Assembly: GCA_039812945.1 (NCBI GenBank)
Contig: JBDHSZ010000001.1
Location: 17,020-81,019 of the forward strand
Direction: 5' to 3'
Length of the DNA: 64,000 nt
Source of the DNA: Shinella sp.
Lineage (GTDB): Bacteria; Pseudomonadota; Alphaproteobacteria; Rhizobiales; Rhizobiaceae
Shown: positions 27,481 to 36,940 of the stretch, in pieces
Layout of the letters: each line of letters starts with the position of its first letter
How positions within the stretch are numbered: position 1 is the stretch's first letter
Position numbers and translations under genes: made by a program
Notes under the pieces: model-generated
What the model was told of the DNA's origin: nothing
What the model saw: the letters and a program-made list of their open reading frames with translations, nothing else
Databases searched by the model: none

Positions 27481-28547
27481 AGGCCCTCCTTGCGGTCGAG
27501 ATGGAAGCGCACGAGCGGCATCGCCCTCAGCGCGAGGAAGAACAGCACCGGCAGGCCCTGCAGCACATAGACCATGGCCGCCGGCACGCCCGTCATCGCC
27601 TGCATGTTGCGCCCGCCCGTCTCCAGGCCCGCCAGCAGCAGCGAGGCCACGAGGATGCCGCCGGGCGAGCCGCCGAGCAGGGCGGCGAGGATGCCGGTGA
27701 AGCCCCAGGGCTTCGACCAGCCCTCCGCCACCTGATGCAGCACGCCCAGCACCTGGATGCCGCCGGCGAGCCCGCCGATCGCCGCGCCGACCAGCACGGC
27801 CTGGAAATAGACGCGCCGGACCGGCATGCCGGCGACCACGGCGGCCAGCGGATTGCCGCCCACCGCATCGAGGCGGAAGCCGAACACCGTGCGCTTCAGC
27901 GCCCAGTGCGCGACCACCACGATGGCCAGCGTCAGCCAGATGCCGGCATGCAGGCTGCCGCCGGGCAGGCGCACGGCCTCGGGAACCTGCACGGTCGTCG
28001 AATAGAAGGCGTCGACGTCGCGCATCGGGCCGCTGACCATCGCCATGACGAATTCGACGGCGACGAGGTTCAGCATGATGGTCGTCGTCACCTCGCTCGC
28101 CCCGCGCCAGCTCTTCAGCAGCACCGAGGGCACGATGAGCAGCCCGCCGGCCGCGGCCGCGGCGAGAAGGGCGAGCGGCAGCGTGAGGGCGGGCGGCGCG
28201 GAAACCGCGCCGACCACGAACATCGCCGCGAGCGCGCCGATCTCGAGCTGGCCCTGCGCGCCGATATTGAAGAAGCCGGTGCGGTAGGGAATGTAGAAGG
28301 CGAGCGCGGTGAGCGCGATGGGAACGGCTTCGGCGGCCGTGGCGGCAGCGGCGACGGAGGACCCGGCCGCTCCATCGAGAAGCGTCGTCAGGACCATCCA
28401 GGGAGAGACGCCGACCGCCCAGGCGAGAGCCAGCAGGATCGCCAGCGTGAGCGCCAGACAGGCCCCCATGACGGCCGCCGAAAGAAGGAAGCGCGCGCTG
28501 AGCAGGACATGTCCGCGCGGCTCCGTGGTCACTGAGGCATGCACCAT
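27477..28547 (-). CDS. Nucleoside-type ABC permease
   Basis: GFFNIGAQGQ, WGFTGILAALLG. Confidence 0.9.
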   Translation of the reverse strand: MVHASVTTEPRGHVLLSARFLLSAAVMGACLALTLAILLALAWAVGVSPWMVLTTLLDGAAGSSVAAAATAAEAVPIALTALAFYIPYRTGFFNIGAQGQLEIGALAAMFVVGAVSAPPALTLPLALLAAAAAGGLLIVPSVLLKSWRGASEVTTTIMLNLVAVEFVMAMVSGPMRDVDAFYSTTVQVPEAVRLPGGSLHAGIWLTLAIVVVAHWALKRTVFGFRLDAVGGNPLAAVVAGMPVRRVYFQAVLVGAAIGGLAGGIQVLGVLHQVAEGWSKPWGFTGILAALLGGSPGGILVASLLLAGLETGGRNMQAMTGVPAAMVYVLQGLPVLFFLALRAMPLVRFHLDRKEGL

Positions 28548-28575
28548 CTTGGAACTCCTCGTGTCATGATTGGCG

Positions 28576-29973
28576 TCAATAGGCCCAGCCGGCCGCCTCG
28601 ATATGGGCGCCGCCGCCGGAGACCTCGCCCGCGACGTCCTTCCAGCCGGCGATCTTGCCGGGATTGAGAAGGCCGTGCGGATCGTTGCGCGCCTTGGTGG
28701 CGAGCTGCGCGTCGTCGATATGCTTCATGCCGCCGTTCTGCAGGAAATAGGTGTGCACATTGGCGATCATCGCGCCCTCGCTCTCGTAGCCGCGCGTCAG
28801 CCGCTCCACCTGCTCGCGGTTTTCATAGGCGAACAGCGGAATGCCCTGGGCATTGGCCTTGCCGGCGAAGCGGATGAATTCGAGATGCAGCGGCGCCTCG
28901 TGGTTGAAGCGCTCGTGGATGCGCATGATCGAAGCGAAGGCGTCCGCCGGCTCGAAGACGCAGGCGAGATAGGTCGTGCGCCGCTCGTCGCGATAGGCGT
29001 TGATGGTCGTATGGCCCCAGGAATATTCGTAGAGCGGCGTGCCGCGCGGCCCCTCGCCTTCCCGCCCGCCATAGGTGATCTCGCCGCGATGCTGGGCGCA
29101 GAGCGCCGTGAAGGCCTCCCAGGACTGGTCGGCGATCATCACCAGGACGGCGTGCGCGCCCTCAGGCAGATAGGCCGCGAGCGGGCGGAAATGCTTCGGG
29201 ATCGGCCAGGCATGCGCCGAGGCCAGCTTCTTCAGGATGCCCGGCTCGTCGACCAGCGCCAGGCCGAAACGGGTCGCGTCGGCGAAATCGTCGAAGACGA
29301 CGATCGCCTCCTGCCAGGGATAGGCCGAGGCCAGCGGCAGCTCGACCTCTACGATGATGCCGTTGACGCCATAGGCGTGGTGGATCGTCTCCACGTCGTC
29401 GCCGCGCACCTCCTCGACGCGCGGCGTCTCCTCCACCGTCACCAGCTTGAGGCCGAGGATATTGCCGCGGTCGCGCATGATGCCGTAGTTGATGACGCCG
29501 ACGCCGGCATGGCCGCCGGCGATGAAGCCGCCGAGCGTCGCCGTGCGCTTGGTGGAGGGATGGATGCGCAGCTCCCAGCCCGACGGGCGGGCGATGTCGT
29601 CGATATCGCCGAGCAGCATGCCGGCCTCGGCGCGGATGACGCCCGGCTTGTGCCAGACCAGCCGGTCCATCGCCGTCATGTCGAGGATCGCCCCGCCGGC
29701 GAGCGGCACGGCCTGACCAAAGGTGCCGGTGCCCGCGCCGCGCGCCGTCAGCGGAACCTTGTGGCGGGCCGCGGCGGCGGCGATGCGCACCACCTCCTCC
29801 TCGCTGCGGGGGCGCACGACCAGCTCGGCATTGCAGGATTGCAGCTCTTCCTTGAGGATCGGGCTGAACCAGTAGAAATCCTTGCTCAGCTTGCGGATCG
29901 AAAGATCGTCGGACATGTGCTCGATGCCTTCGATATCCCCGATGAAACCCTCTATCTGCTCCGTCAACGCCAT
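28576..29973 (-). CDS. FAD-binding oxidoreductase (FAD_binding_4, GlcD-like)
   Basis: SKDFYWFSPIL, RGAGTGTFGQAVP, ATLGGFIAGG, DPHGLLNPGK. Confidence 0.9.
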   Translation of the reverse strand: MALTEQIEGFIGDIEGIEHMSDDLSIRKLSKDFYWFSPILKEELQSCNAELVVRPRSEEEVVRIAAAAARHKVPLTARGAGTGTFGQAVPLAGGAILDMTAMDRLVWHKPGVIRAEAGMLLGDIDDIARPSGWELRIHPSTKRTATLGGFIAGGHAGVGVINYGIMRDRGNILGLKLVTVEETPRVEEVRGDDVETIHHAYGVNGIIVEVELPLASAYPWQEAIVVFDDFADATRFGLALVDEPGILKKLASAHAWPIPKHFRPLAAYLPEGAHAVLVMIADQSWEAFTALCAQHRGEITYGGREGEGPRGTPLYEYSWGHTTINAYRDERRTTYLACVFEPADAFASIMRIHERFNHEAPLHLEFIRFAGKANAQGIPLFAYENREQVERLTRGYESEGAMIANVHTYFLQNGGMKHIDDAQLATKARNDPHGLLNPGKIAGWKDVAGEVSGGGAHIEAAGWAY

Positions 29974-30085
29974 CTGCCTTCCTCCTGAAGCGCGGGCCGC
30001 ACCGCCTTTCGGCCGGCGGCTGGTTGCGCGGGGACGCCGCCCGCCGGGCGGTGCCCGATGGTGCTTTGCGTTCCTCGTTCTTGAC

Positions 30086-30166
30086 TATGTGCAATTGCAC
30101 GTAATTGACAATCGAAAGCTTCTTCTGTCAATATGACAAAACGAAATTTTTGAGTGCAAACGCACT
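30086..30166. promoter_or_regulatory. Divergent promoters with two GTGCAA-N2-GCAC palindromes (probable MarR operators)
   Basis: GTGCAATTGCAC at 30089-30100 and AGTGCAAACGCACT at about 30153-30166, flanking oppositely oriented TTGACA/TGTCAA hexamers. Confidence 0.65.
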
Positions 30167-30188
30167 TTATCGGACAGAGGGAGCCTCG

Positions 30189-30698
30189 ATGGCGCAAAAC
30201 AACGACAATCTCCTGACGACAGGCCACCCCACCGGCACGATCGTGCTGGAGGACCACCTGTTCTTCCTGTTCACGCAGGTCATCGGCCATCGCGACCGGA
30301 TCCTCGACGTGCGCCTGAAGCCGCTCGGCCTTTCCGCCGCCAAGTGGCGCATCATCGGCACGCTGGCGCCGCGCAGCATGCTGGCGATGGGCGAGCTTGC
30401 GGAGATGACGACGATCGACCGCACGACGCTGACCCGCGCGCTCGACCAGCTCGAGGCGGCCGGCGCGGCCATCCGCGTCAACGACGCCGACGACAAGCGC
30501 ATCGTGCGCGTGGCGCTCACCAAGCGCGGCATGAACCTCTTCGCCGAGGCCAATCCGCTGGTCGAGGAGATCAACCGCGCGCTGACGCAGGACATGACGC
30601 CGGAGGAAGCGGACCTGACCCGCGCCGTCCTCAAGCGCGTGCGCACCCGCACCCTGGAACTCGCCGCCAACCGCAACCCCAGGAAAAAGCGCGGCTGA
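30189..30698 (+). CDS. MarR family transcriptional regulator
   Basis: MGELAEMTTIDRTTLTRALDQLE...DDKRIVRVALTKRG; RBS GAGGGAG. Confidence 0.9.
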   Translation: MAQNNDNLLTTGHPTGTIVLEDHLFFLFTQVIGHRDRILDVRLKPLGLSAAKWRIIGTLAPRSMLAMGELAEMTTIDRTTLTRALDQLEAAGAAIRVNDADDKRIVRVALTKRGMNLFAEANPLVEEINRALTQDMTPEEADLTRAVLKRVRTRTLELAANRNPRKKRG

Positions 30699-30737
30699 CC
30701 TGGACGTCCGACAGGCCCATCACGGAAGGAACCCACC

Positions 30738-31757
30738 ATGACCATGCTTTGCGAAATCGAGGACGAGCGCCGGGCGGCCCGGCAGGCCCCCTCCCCGGCG
30801 GCGCACGCCGCGCCGATGCTGTCCGTCTCCGTCCGCGCCATCCGCCCGCTGACGCCCCGCATCTGCGCCTTCGAGCTTGCGGCGGAGGGATCGACCCCCC
30901 TGCCGCCCTTCACGCCGGGCGCGCATATCGGCATCGACCTGCCCGTGCACGGCGCGATGGTCCGGCGCTCCTATTCGCTGGTCAACGCGGCCGGGCAGGG
31001 CCATTACGAGATCGCCGTGCTGCGCGAGGACAAGGGGACCGGCGGATCGCTGCGCATGCACGGCCTGCGCGTCGGCAGCCGCCTCAAGATCACGCCGCCG
31101 AAGAACGCCTTCCCGCTTGCCGAGACGGCTTCCCCCGCCCTGCTCATCGCCGGCGGCATCGGCATCACGCCGATCCTCGCCATGGCGCGAGCGCTGGAGG
31201 CAGCCGGCCGGCCCTATGCCCTGCACTACGCCACCCGCACGCCCGAGGACATGGCCTATCGCGAGGAGGCCGGCGCGCTTTCCGCCGCCAGCCTCTATTT
31301 CGACCATGGCGATCCGGCGCGGGGCCTGCCGCTCGACCGGCTTCTCGCCGCGCATGACGGACGCCATGTCTATGTCTGCGGCCCCGCGCCGCTGATCCAG
31401 GCGGTCCTCAAGACCTGCGAGCGCAACGGCTGGCCGGAGGCCGCCGTCCATCACGAGCTGTTCACCGGCTCCATCGCCCGCGGCGGCGACCGGGCCTTCG
31501 AGCTGGAGATGCGCGCTTCCGGCATCGTCAGAGAGGTCCCCGCCGGCATGTCCATCCTCGACGTGGCGATCAGCGAGGGCGTCTTCGCCCCCTTCGAATG
31601 CCGCCGGGGCGAATGCGGCATGTGCACGACGCCGGTCATCGAGGGCGCCGTCGACCACCGCGACGACTACCTCACCGAGGAGGAGCGGGCCGCCGGGAAT
31701 ACCCTGTGCATCTGCGTTTCCCGCGCCTCGGGCGAACGCCTCGTCCTCGATCTGTGA
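30738..31757 (+). CDS. PDR/VanB-family oxidoreductase
   Basis: RSYSL, GGIGITP, YVCGP, CRRGECGMC...C. Confidence 0.92.
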   Translation: MTMLCEIEDERRAARQAPSPAAHAAPMLSVSVRAIRPLTPRICAFELAAEGSTPLPPFTPGAHIGIDLPVHGAMVRRSYSLVNAAGQGHYEIAVLREDKGTGGSLRMHGLRVGSRLKITPPKNAFPLAETASPALLIAGGIGITPILAMARALEAAGRPYALHYATRTPEDMAYREEAGALSAASLYFDHGDPARGLPLDRLLAAHDGRHVYVCGPAPLIQAVLKTCERNGWPEAAVHHELFTGSIARGGDRAFELEMRASGIVREVPAGMSILDVAISEGVFAPFECRRGECGMCTTPVIEGAVDHRDDYLTEEERAAGNTLCICVSRASGERLVLDL

Positions 31758-32485
31758 GCGCGCCCGTGTCCGTGACGCTCGTCCTCCTGCCCGGCCTCGG
31801 CGGCGACGCCTCGCTCTGGGCCGACCAGGTCGCCGCGCTGGCCCCGCGCCTTCGCGTCCATGCCAGCGAGGCGCATTTCGACGCCGGCTCGATCGAGGAG
31901 ATGGCCGCGGCGGTGCTGGCCGAGACGCCGGGGCCGCTCGTCGTCTGCGGCACGTCGATGGGCGGCTTCGTCGCGCTGGAGACGGTGCGGCAGGCGCGGG
32001 AGCGGATCGCGGGGCTCGCCCTCCTCGGCACCGCCGCGCATGCCGACCCGCCCGACGTCGCGGCCTTCCGCCGCAATGCCATCGCCGCCATCGAACGGGA
32101 CGGCCTCGACGCCTTCATCGAGAACGGCTGGCGGCGGGCCGTCCATGCCTCTCGGCACGCGGACAGGGCGCTGGGGGAGCGCATCCTGCGCGCGAACCGG
32201 CGGGTCGGCCAGGCGCGCTATATCCGGCAGCTTCAGGCGATCGCCGACAGGCGGGACGCGGCGGACAGCGCCGCGCTCGTCGCATGCCCCACCATCATCC
32301 TGCACGGGCGCGAGGATGCGCTGCTTCCCCGCGCGAGCGCCGAACATCTCGCGCGTTGCATACCGCATGCCCGGTTGGAGTTCCTGGCGGACTGCGGCCA
32401 CATGCCGGCTGTCGAGCGCCCTGCGCACATCACCAGTGCGCTCGGGAATCTGGCCCGTCACTGTATCGATCGACTGACCGGATAG
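31754..32485 (+). CDS. Alpha/beta hydrolase
   Basis: LLPGL, GTSMGG nucleophile elbow, GRED, CGH; GTGA coupling to the reductase. Confidence 0.88.
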   Translation: MSAPVSVTLVLLPGLGGDASLWADQVAALAPRLRVHASEAHFDAGSIEEMAAAVLAETPGPLVVCGTSMGGFVALETVRQARERIAGLALLGTAAHADPPDVAAFRRNAIAAIERDGLDAFIENGWRRAVHASRHADRALGERILRANRRVGQARYIRQLQAIADRRDAADSAALVACPTIILHGREDALLPRASAEHLARCIPHARLEFLADCGHMPAVERPAHITSALGNLARHCIDRLTG

Positions 32486-32608
32486 ATGTCATCACGACAC
32501 AGCCCCCAAAGCACCGCAGCGGGTTCGGGCAAGCCGGGCCTTGGTAATAATATCCTTTTGCGGGACTAACACACCCATTTCTGCTTTTCGCCCTAGGCCC
32601 GATTCCGA

Positions 32609-33160
32609 TCACGACATCGTTTTCGGGAGTTCAGCATCCGCCCCTGCGAGCGACCACACGGCGTCAACGACGAGACGGGCTTGCGGCATCTCTTCCGGCA
32701 GGGCGCGGCCGGCAAAATGCTCGAGAACCATCTGCGCGACGGCGCTGACCCGCGCCCGCCCGTCCGCCTGATCCTCATCGCGCGGCAGATCGGCGATCGC
32801 TTCCTCCAGGGCCGCGATCTCCAGCTTCTCGGCGTCCAGTTCCAGCGCCTTGAGCGCTGAGCGGAAGGACGCGACGGGCCCGTCGGCTTCCAGCCAGGGA
32901 TTGGCCTTCAACTGCACCCTGATCGCGCGCAGGGGCCGCACGACCTCCGCACGCCATCGGCCGCAGCTCTCGTCGAGGCTGCGAAGCGCGTCCGCATCGA
33001 TGCGGCTGCCTCTCCCGGTTGCCTGAAGCACCGCAAGGAACAGGGACACGTCGAGTTCGAAGCGGTCCTGCAATTCGAGGCACGCCTCAGCGACGCCGGG
33101 CATGGCATAGACCTTCAACATCGCGGTCCACAGATCGGCAGCAACGGACGCTTCCACCAT
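32609..33160 (-). CDS. TIGR02444/DUF2390-like family protein
   Basis: LWTAMLKVYAMPGVAEACLELQDRFELDV, WRAEVVRPLRAIR, LELDAE; RBS GAGGAGG. Confidence 0.78.
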   Translation of the reverse strand: MVEASVAADLWTAMLKVYAMPGVAEACLELQDRFELDVSLFLAVLQATGRGSRIDADALRSLDESCGRWRAEVVRPLRAIRVQLKANPWLEADGPVASFRSALKALELDAEKLEIAALEEAIADLPRDEDQADGRARVSAVAQMVLEHFAGRALPEEMPQARLVVDAVWSLAGADAELPKTMS

Positions 33161-33469
33161 CGTCTTCCTCCTCGCCTGAAACGCTCGCCCGTGCACCGGG
33201 CTTCCCCCTCAAAGATCGACGGCCGGCTCGACGATCGCCATCGAGAATGCGGCGGTGCTGAAGGTTGGCTTTCCTGATCCCGGCTTCGGAAAACAGGATC
33301 GGCACCTGCAGCATCCGATAGGGGAACTGGGTACGCTCATGGAACTGCCCGGGCAAGGCCTTCCTGGACGCAACCGCGACCTACCTGTGAAACTGCGCGT
33401 CGGCGTTTCGCCAGGCTCCATGGCTTCGATCGATCGGGCGAGCGCATCCGGCTCGCCTTATCCCCGGGC

Positions 33470-34330
33470 TCAGGATTTACGGATTTCGGGCACGAGGCCG
33501 GCCCGACGTCGCGAGAGCTTCGCCGAAACGGCGACGAGGCCGAGCGAGAGGAGGAAGATCATCGTGCCGACCACGGCGATCTGCGGCGGAAGCTCGCGGC
33601 GCATCAGGCCGTAGAGCCAGGTCGGGAACATGGTCGTTCCGCCGGCGGTGAAGTTGGTCAGCACGAAATCGTCGAGCGAGATGGCGAAGGTGAGCAGCCC
33701 GCCGGACAGGATGCCCGGCAGGATGATCGGCAGCCAGATCGTGCGGAACACGGTGAAGCCGGAGGCGCCGAGGTCGCGCGCGGCCTGTTCCAGCGTCACG
33801 CCGGCGCCCATGACGCGGGCGCGCACGTTGATGATGACGAAGCTCAGCCCCAGCGTCGTATGGGCGGCGATGACGCTGGCAAAGCCGAGCGGATAGAACA
33901 GGCCGCCCGTCAGGGTCTTGAGGAACGGGATCGTCGCCGTCGCCACGAAGAGGATCAGCATGCCCGCGCCGAGCACCACTTCCGGCGTCGCCAGCGGAAT
34001 GAAGGTGAGGCCCGAGACCGCGCCGCGGCCGAGGAACCTGCGCCGCCCCAGCGCGAAGCCGACCGGCGTTCCGAGCAGCGCCGCCAGCAGCGCCGAGACC
34101 GCCGCGACGATCAGGCTGTTGCGCATCGCGACGCCGAGCTGCGGCACCGCGAAGGGACGGCGCCAGGCATCCAGCGAGAAGGTGCCGAGCTCATAGTTGA
34201 AGCGGCCGCCGGGATCGTTGAAGGAGAAGACGATCATGGTGAGGACGGGCGCGAACATGAAGACGAGCGCGAACCCGATCATGACGCGGACCGCCAGGCC
34301 TTCCCGATGGGCACGGGTCCTAGACGACAT
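33470..34330 (-). CDS. Polyamine-type ABC permease (PotC-like)
   Basis: LEQAARDLGA EAA loop, FAISLDDF. Confidence 0.9.
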   Translation of the reverse strand: MSSRTRAHREGLAVRVMIGFALVFMFAPVLTMIVFSFNDPGGRFNYELGTFSLDAWRRPFAVPQLGVAMRNSLIVAAVSALLAALLGTPVGFALGRRRFLGRGAVSGLTFIPLATPEVVLGAGMLILFVATATIPFLKTLTGGLFYPLGFASVIAAHTTLGLSFVIINVRARVMGAGVTLEQAARDLGASGFTVFRTIWLPIILPGILSGGLLTFAISLDDFVLTNFTAGGTTMFPTWLYGLMRRELPPQIAVVGTMIFLLSLGLVAVSAKLSRRRAGLVPEIRKS

Positions 34331-35360
34331 CGAGAAGCTCCGTACCGCGGATGAGACGCAGGAGAAGGGTGAGCAGCAGCATGGCGGCGACCAGCAGCGT
34401 CGCCGAAAGCGCGGCGGCGCCGGCATAGTCGAGCTCGACCAGGAATTTCGCCTGGATGACGTTGCCGAGCATCTGCGTGCGGATATCGCCGAGCAGCGCG
34501 GCATTGACGTAGTCGCCGAGCGCCGGGATGAACGAGAGCACGGCGGCGGCGATGAAGCCGTTGCGGCTGAGCGGGAAGACGATCAGGGCGAACCGCTCCG
34601 TCATCGTGCCTCCCACCGCCGCACCGAGGAGCGTCGTCGCCAGGACGAAGGCCAGCGGCCCCGGCGCGGCGAGGCCGCGCCCGCCGAAGAAGACCGAGCC
34701 GAGCAAGAGGGCGATGACGAGCCCCGCCGCCGCGCCGATCGCCGCCCCGCGCCGTCCGCCGCGGCCGGAATAAAGATCGTCGGCCGCCGCGCAGAGCGTG
34801 CGATCTATCCGGTTGAAGGCGGTGTAGAGCGGCAGGAGCACGAAGGGCACGAGCTGATAGGTAAGGCCCGCGACCACGGCGAAGGGCGTTCCGAGCACGC
34901 GCACCTCCAGCCCGGTCGCCTGGGTGAGCGGGGCGAACAGCGGGCCGTTGGCGCCGAGCAGCGTCTGCCAGGCGACGATGCGGATGAGATAGCTCGTCAG
35001 GAACGGCGCGAAGAAGGCGAAGAGCAACACGGCCTTCCAGCGCCCGCCGTAGAAGGAGATGCCGTAGGCCACCGGCATGGCGACGGCGAAGGCGAGGATC
35101 GTCGCGGATAACCCGATCAGCACGGAATTCAGCAGGTTGTTCCAATAGAAGGGGATGGAATCGGCATAGTTGGCGAGCGACCAGCCGGTTGCCGTCAGTG
35201 CGAAGGGATCGGCGCTGAACGACATGCGCAGGATATAGACGAGCGGCAGGACGAGGAGCGCGGCAAGCCACGCCAGCGTCGGCAGCATCTCCGGCCAGCC
35301 GGCCCGCGCCCCGGGGGAGCGCGCGCCGGCCGCCTTTGCGGACGGAACGACCTCAGCCAC
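34320..35360 (-). CDS. Polyamine-type ABC permease (PotB-like) with internal hydrophobic insertion
   Basis: PFLTSYLIRIVAW, YQLVPFVLLPLY, FIPALGDY. Confidence 0.88.
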   Translation of the reverse strand: MAEVVPSAKAAGARSPGARAGWPEMLPTLAWLAALLVLPLVYILRMSFSADPFALTATGWSLANYADSIPFYWNNLLNSVLIGLSATILAFAVAMPVAYGISFYGGRWKAVLLFAFFAPFLTSYLIRIVAWQTLLGANGPLFAPLTQATGLEVRVLGTPFAVVAGLTYQLVPFVLLPLYTAFNRIDRTLCAAADDLYSGRGGRRGAAIGAAAGLVIALLLGSVFFGGRGLAAPGPLAFVLATTLLGAAVGGTMTERFALIVFPLSRNGFIAAAVLSFIPALGDYVNAALLGDIRTQMLGNVIQAKFLVELDYAGAAALSATLLVAAMLLLTLLLRLIRGTELLDVV

Positions 35361-36474
35361 TGATCATCTGCGTCCATGTGCGGGCGATCTGGGCACGCTC
35401 GCGCTGATCCCAGGGCGCCGGATAGGGGAAGAGGCGATCGAGCTCATCGGCCGGCGGGAAGATCAGCGGATTGGCGGCCAGCGCCGGATCGATCTTCGCC
35501 AGCTCCTCCTTCACGCCGACGGCATAGGGATATTGCAGCGTGTAGCGGCAGAAGCTCGCCGCGTTCTCCGGCCGGAACCACCAGTCGATGAAGGCGAGCG
35601 CCGCCGCCGGATTGGCAGCCCCCTTGGGAATGCCGAGGCGATCGACATAGGCGGGAGCCCCTTCCTTCGGAACCGTGAAGCCGACCTTGGCCGGATCGAG
35701 CTGCGAGATGTTGACGGGCGGGGCCATGGCGGCGATCAGGTCGCCGTTCGACAGCTTCTGGCCGGCATTCTCGCCCTGCGCCGGCAGGAGCTGTCCGCTT
35801 TCGATATGCGGCTTCAGGAAAGCCAGGACCTCCATCGCCTCGTCGAGGGTCATCTCGGCGGGGACGTTGTCGATCTTGCCTTCCGCCTTGAGGTAGAGCC
35901 CCCAGGCGGCGACATTGACGATGGGCGTCGCATAAAGCCCGACCTTGCCCTTCACCGCCGGATCGAGCAACTGTCCCCAGGATTGCAGCCCGTCCTTGAA
36001 ATGCGCGCGGTTGAACGCAAGGGCGACCGGCGCGAAGTCGAAGGGGATGGCGATATCGGCGTGCTTGACCGATCTCAGCGAAGGCAGGAGGTTCTTCTGC
36101 ACGTTCGGGAGCGCTGCGGGATCGAGCGGCTCGAGCCAGCCGTTGTCCGCATAGAAGGACGTGTACTGGCTGCTGATGCAGATCACGTCGTAGCCGATCG
36201 GCAGGCCGGCGGTGAACTGCGGGCGGACGCTGGCGAAGAACTGGTCGGCGTCGGAAATGACCTCCCGGTAATCCACGGTGATGCCCGTCTGCTCCTTGAA
36301 GCGGGTGATATCGGCCGGGTCGCATTCACCGGAATTGGCGGCCCAGACGATGCCGTTCTCCGCGGCATGGGCCGCGGAGAACGGCATGGCAAAGCGACCG
36401 CCCATGACGCCCGCTCCGGCAAGGAGCAGCTTGAGGGCCTGCCGGCGATTGGCCGTGAAGTGATGCCTGTTCAT
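35353..36474 (-). CDS. PotD/PotF-like substrate-binding protein (Tat signal)
   Basis: NRRQALK signal, FKEQTGITVDY, WLEPLD, VPKEG. Confidence 0.88.
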   Translation of the reverse strand: MNRHHFTANRRQALKLLLAGAGVMGGRFAMPFSAAHAAENGIVWAANSGECDPADITRFKEQTGITVDYREVISDADQFFASVRPQFTAGLPIGYDVICISSQYTSFYADNGWLEPLDPAALPNVQKNLLPSLRSVKHADIAIPFDFAPVALAFNRAHFKDGLQSWGQLLDPAVKGKVGLYATPIVNVAAWGLYLKAEGKIDNVPAEMTLDEAMEVLAFLKPHIESGQLLPAQGENAGQKLSNGDLIAAMAPPVNISQLDPAKVGFTVPKEGAPAYVDRLGIPKGAANPAAALAFIDWWFRPENAASFCRYTLQYPYAVGVKEELAKIDPALAANPLIFPPADELDRLFPYPAPWDQRERAQIARTWTQMISG

Positions 36475-36503
36475 GGACGTTCCCCTTTTATGGTGCGTTT
36501 CGA

Positions 36504-36893
36504 TCAGTCGCGGACGTGGATGAAGATCTTGCGGATCGGACCGGGCTGCTCCCAGCTCCCCTCGTCCTTCTCGTTGTAGATCAGCAGGTCGCCGGAATTG
36601 ACGATATGCGTGCGGCCTTCCTTGTCCGTCACCGTGACTTCGCCCTCGATGACGAAGTCGAAGCACTGGCCGGTGCCCAGCAGGTCGCCGAAATCGGCGT
36701 CGCGCCGCCACAGGCCGACGGTCACGCGGCCGTCCGCCGACTTCCAGACGGAGGCGTGCTGGCCGATCGGGTTGCCCGGCGTGCGGTCGCCCGGCATGTC
36801 GCCGTAATCGTGCCAGTCATTGGCCGGATCGTCGAACTTGACGACCTGGACGCTGCTCTTGGCCGCGGCTTCGAGATTGGTATCCTTTGGCAT
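36504..36893 (-). CDS. Cupin domain protein (DUF861/EutQ-like)
   Basis: SADGRVTVGLW, FVIEGEVTVTD...SGD, GSWE...IRKIF; RBS GAGGA. Confidence 0.82.
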   Translation of the reverse strand: MPKDTNLEAAAKSSVQVVKFDDPANDWHDYGDMPGDRTPGNPIGQHASVWKSADGRVTVGLWRRDADFGDLLGTGQCFDFVIEGEVTVTDKEGRTHIVNSGDLLIYNEKDEGSWEQPGPIRKIFIHVRD

Positions 36894-36940
36894 TGTATCC
36901 TCTTTGCGTGATGGGGCCGCGCGGCGGCCCGGTTTGCCTG

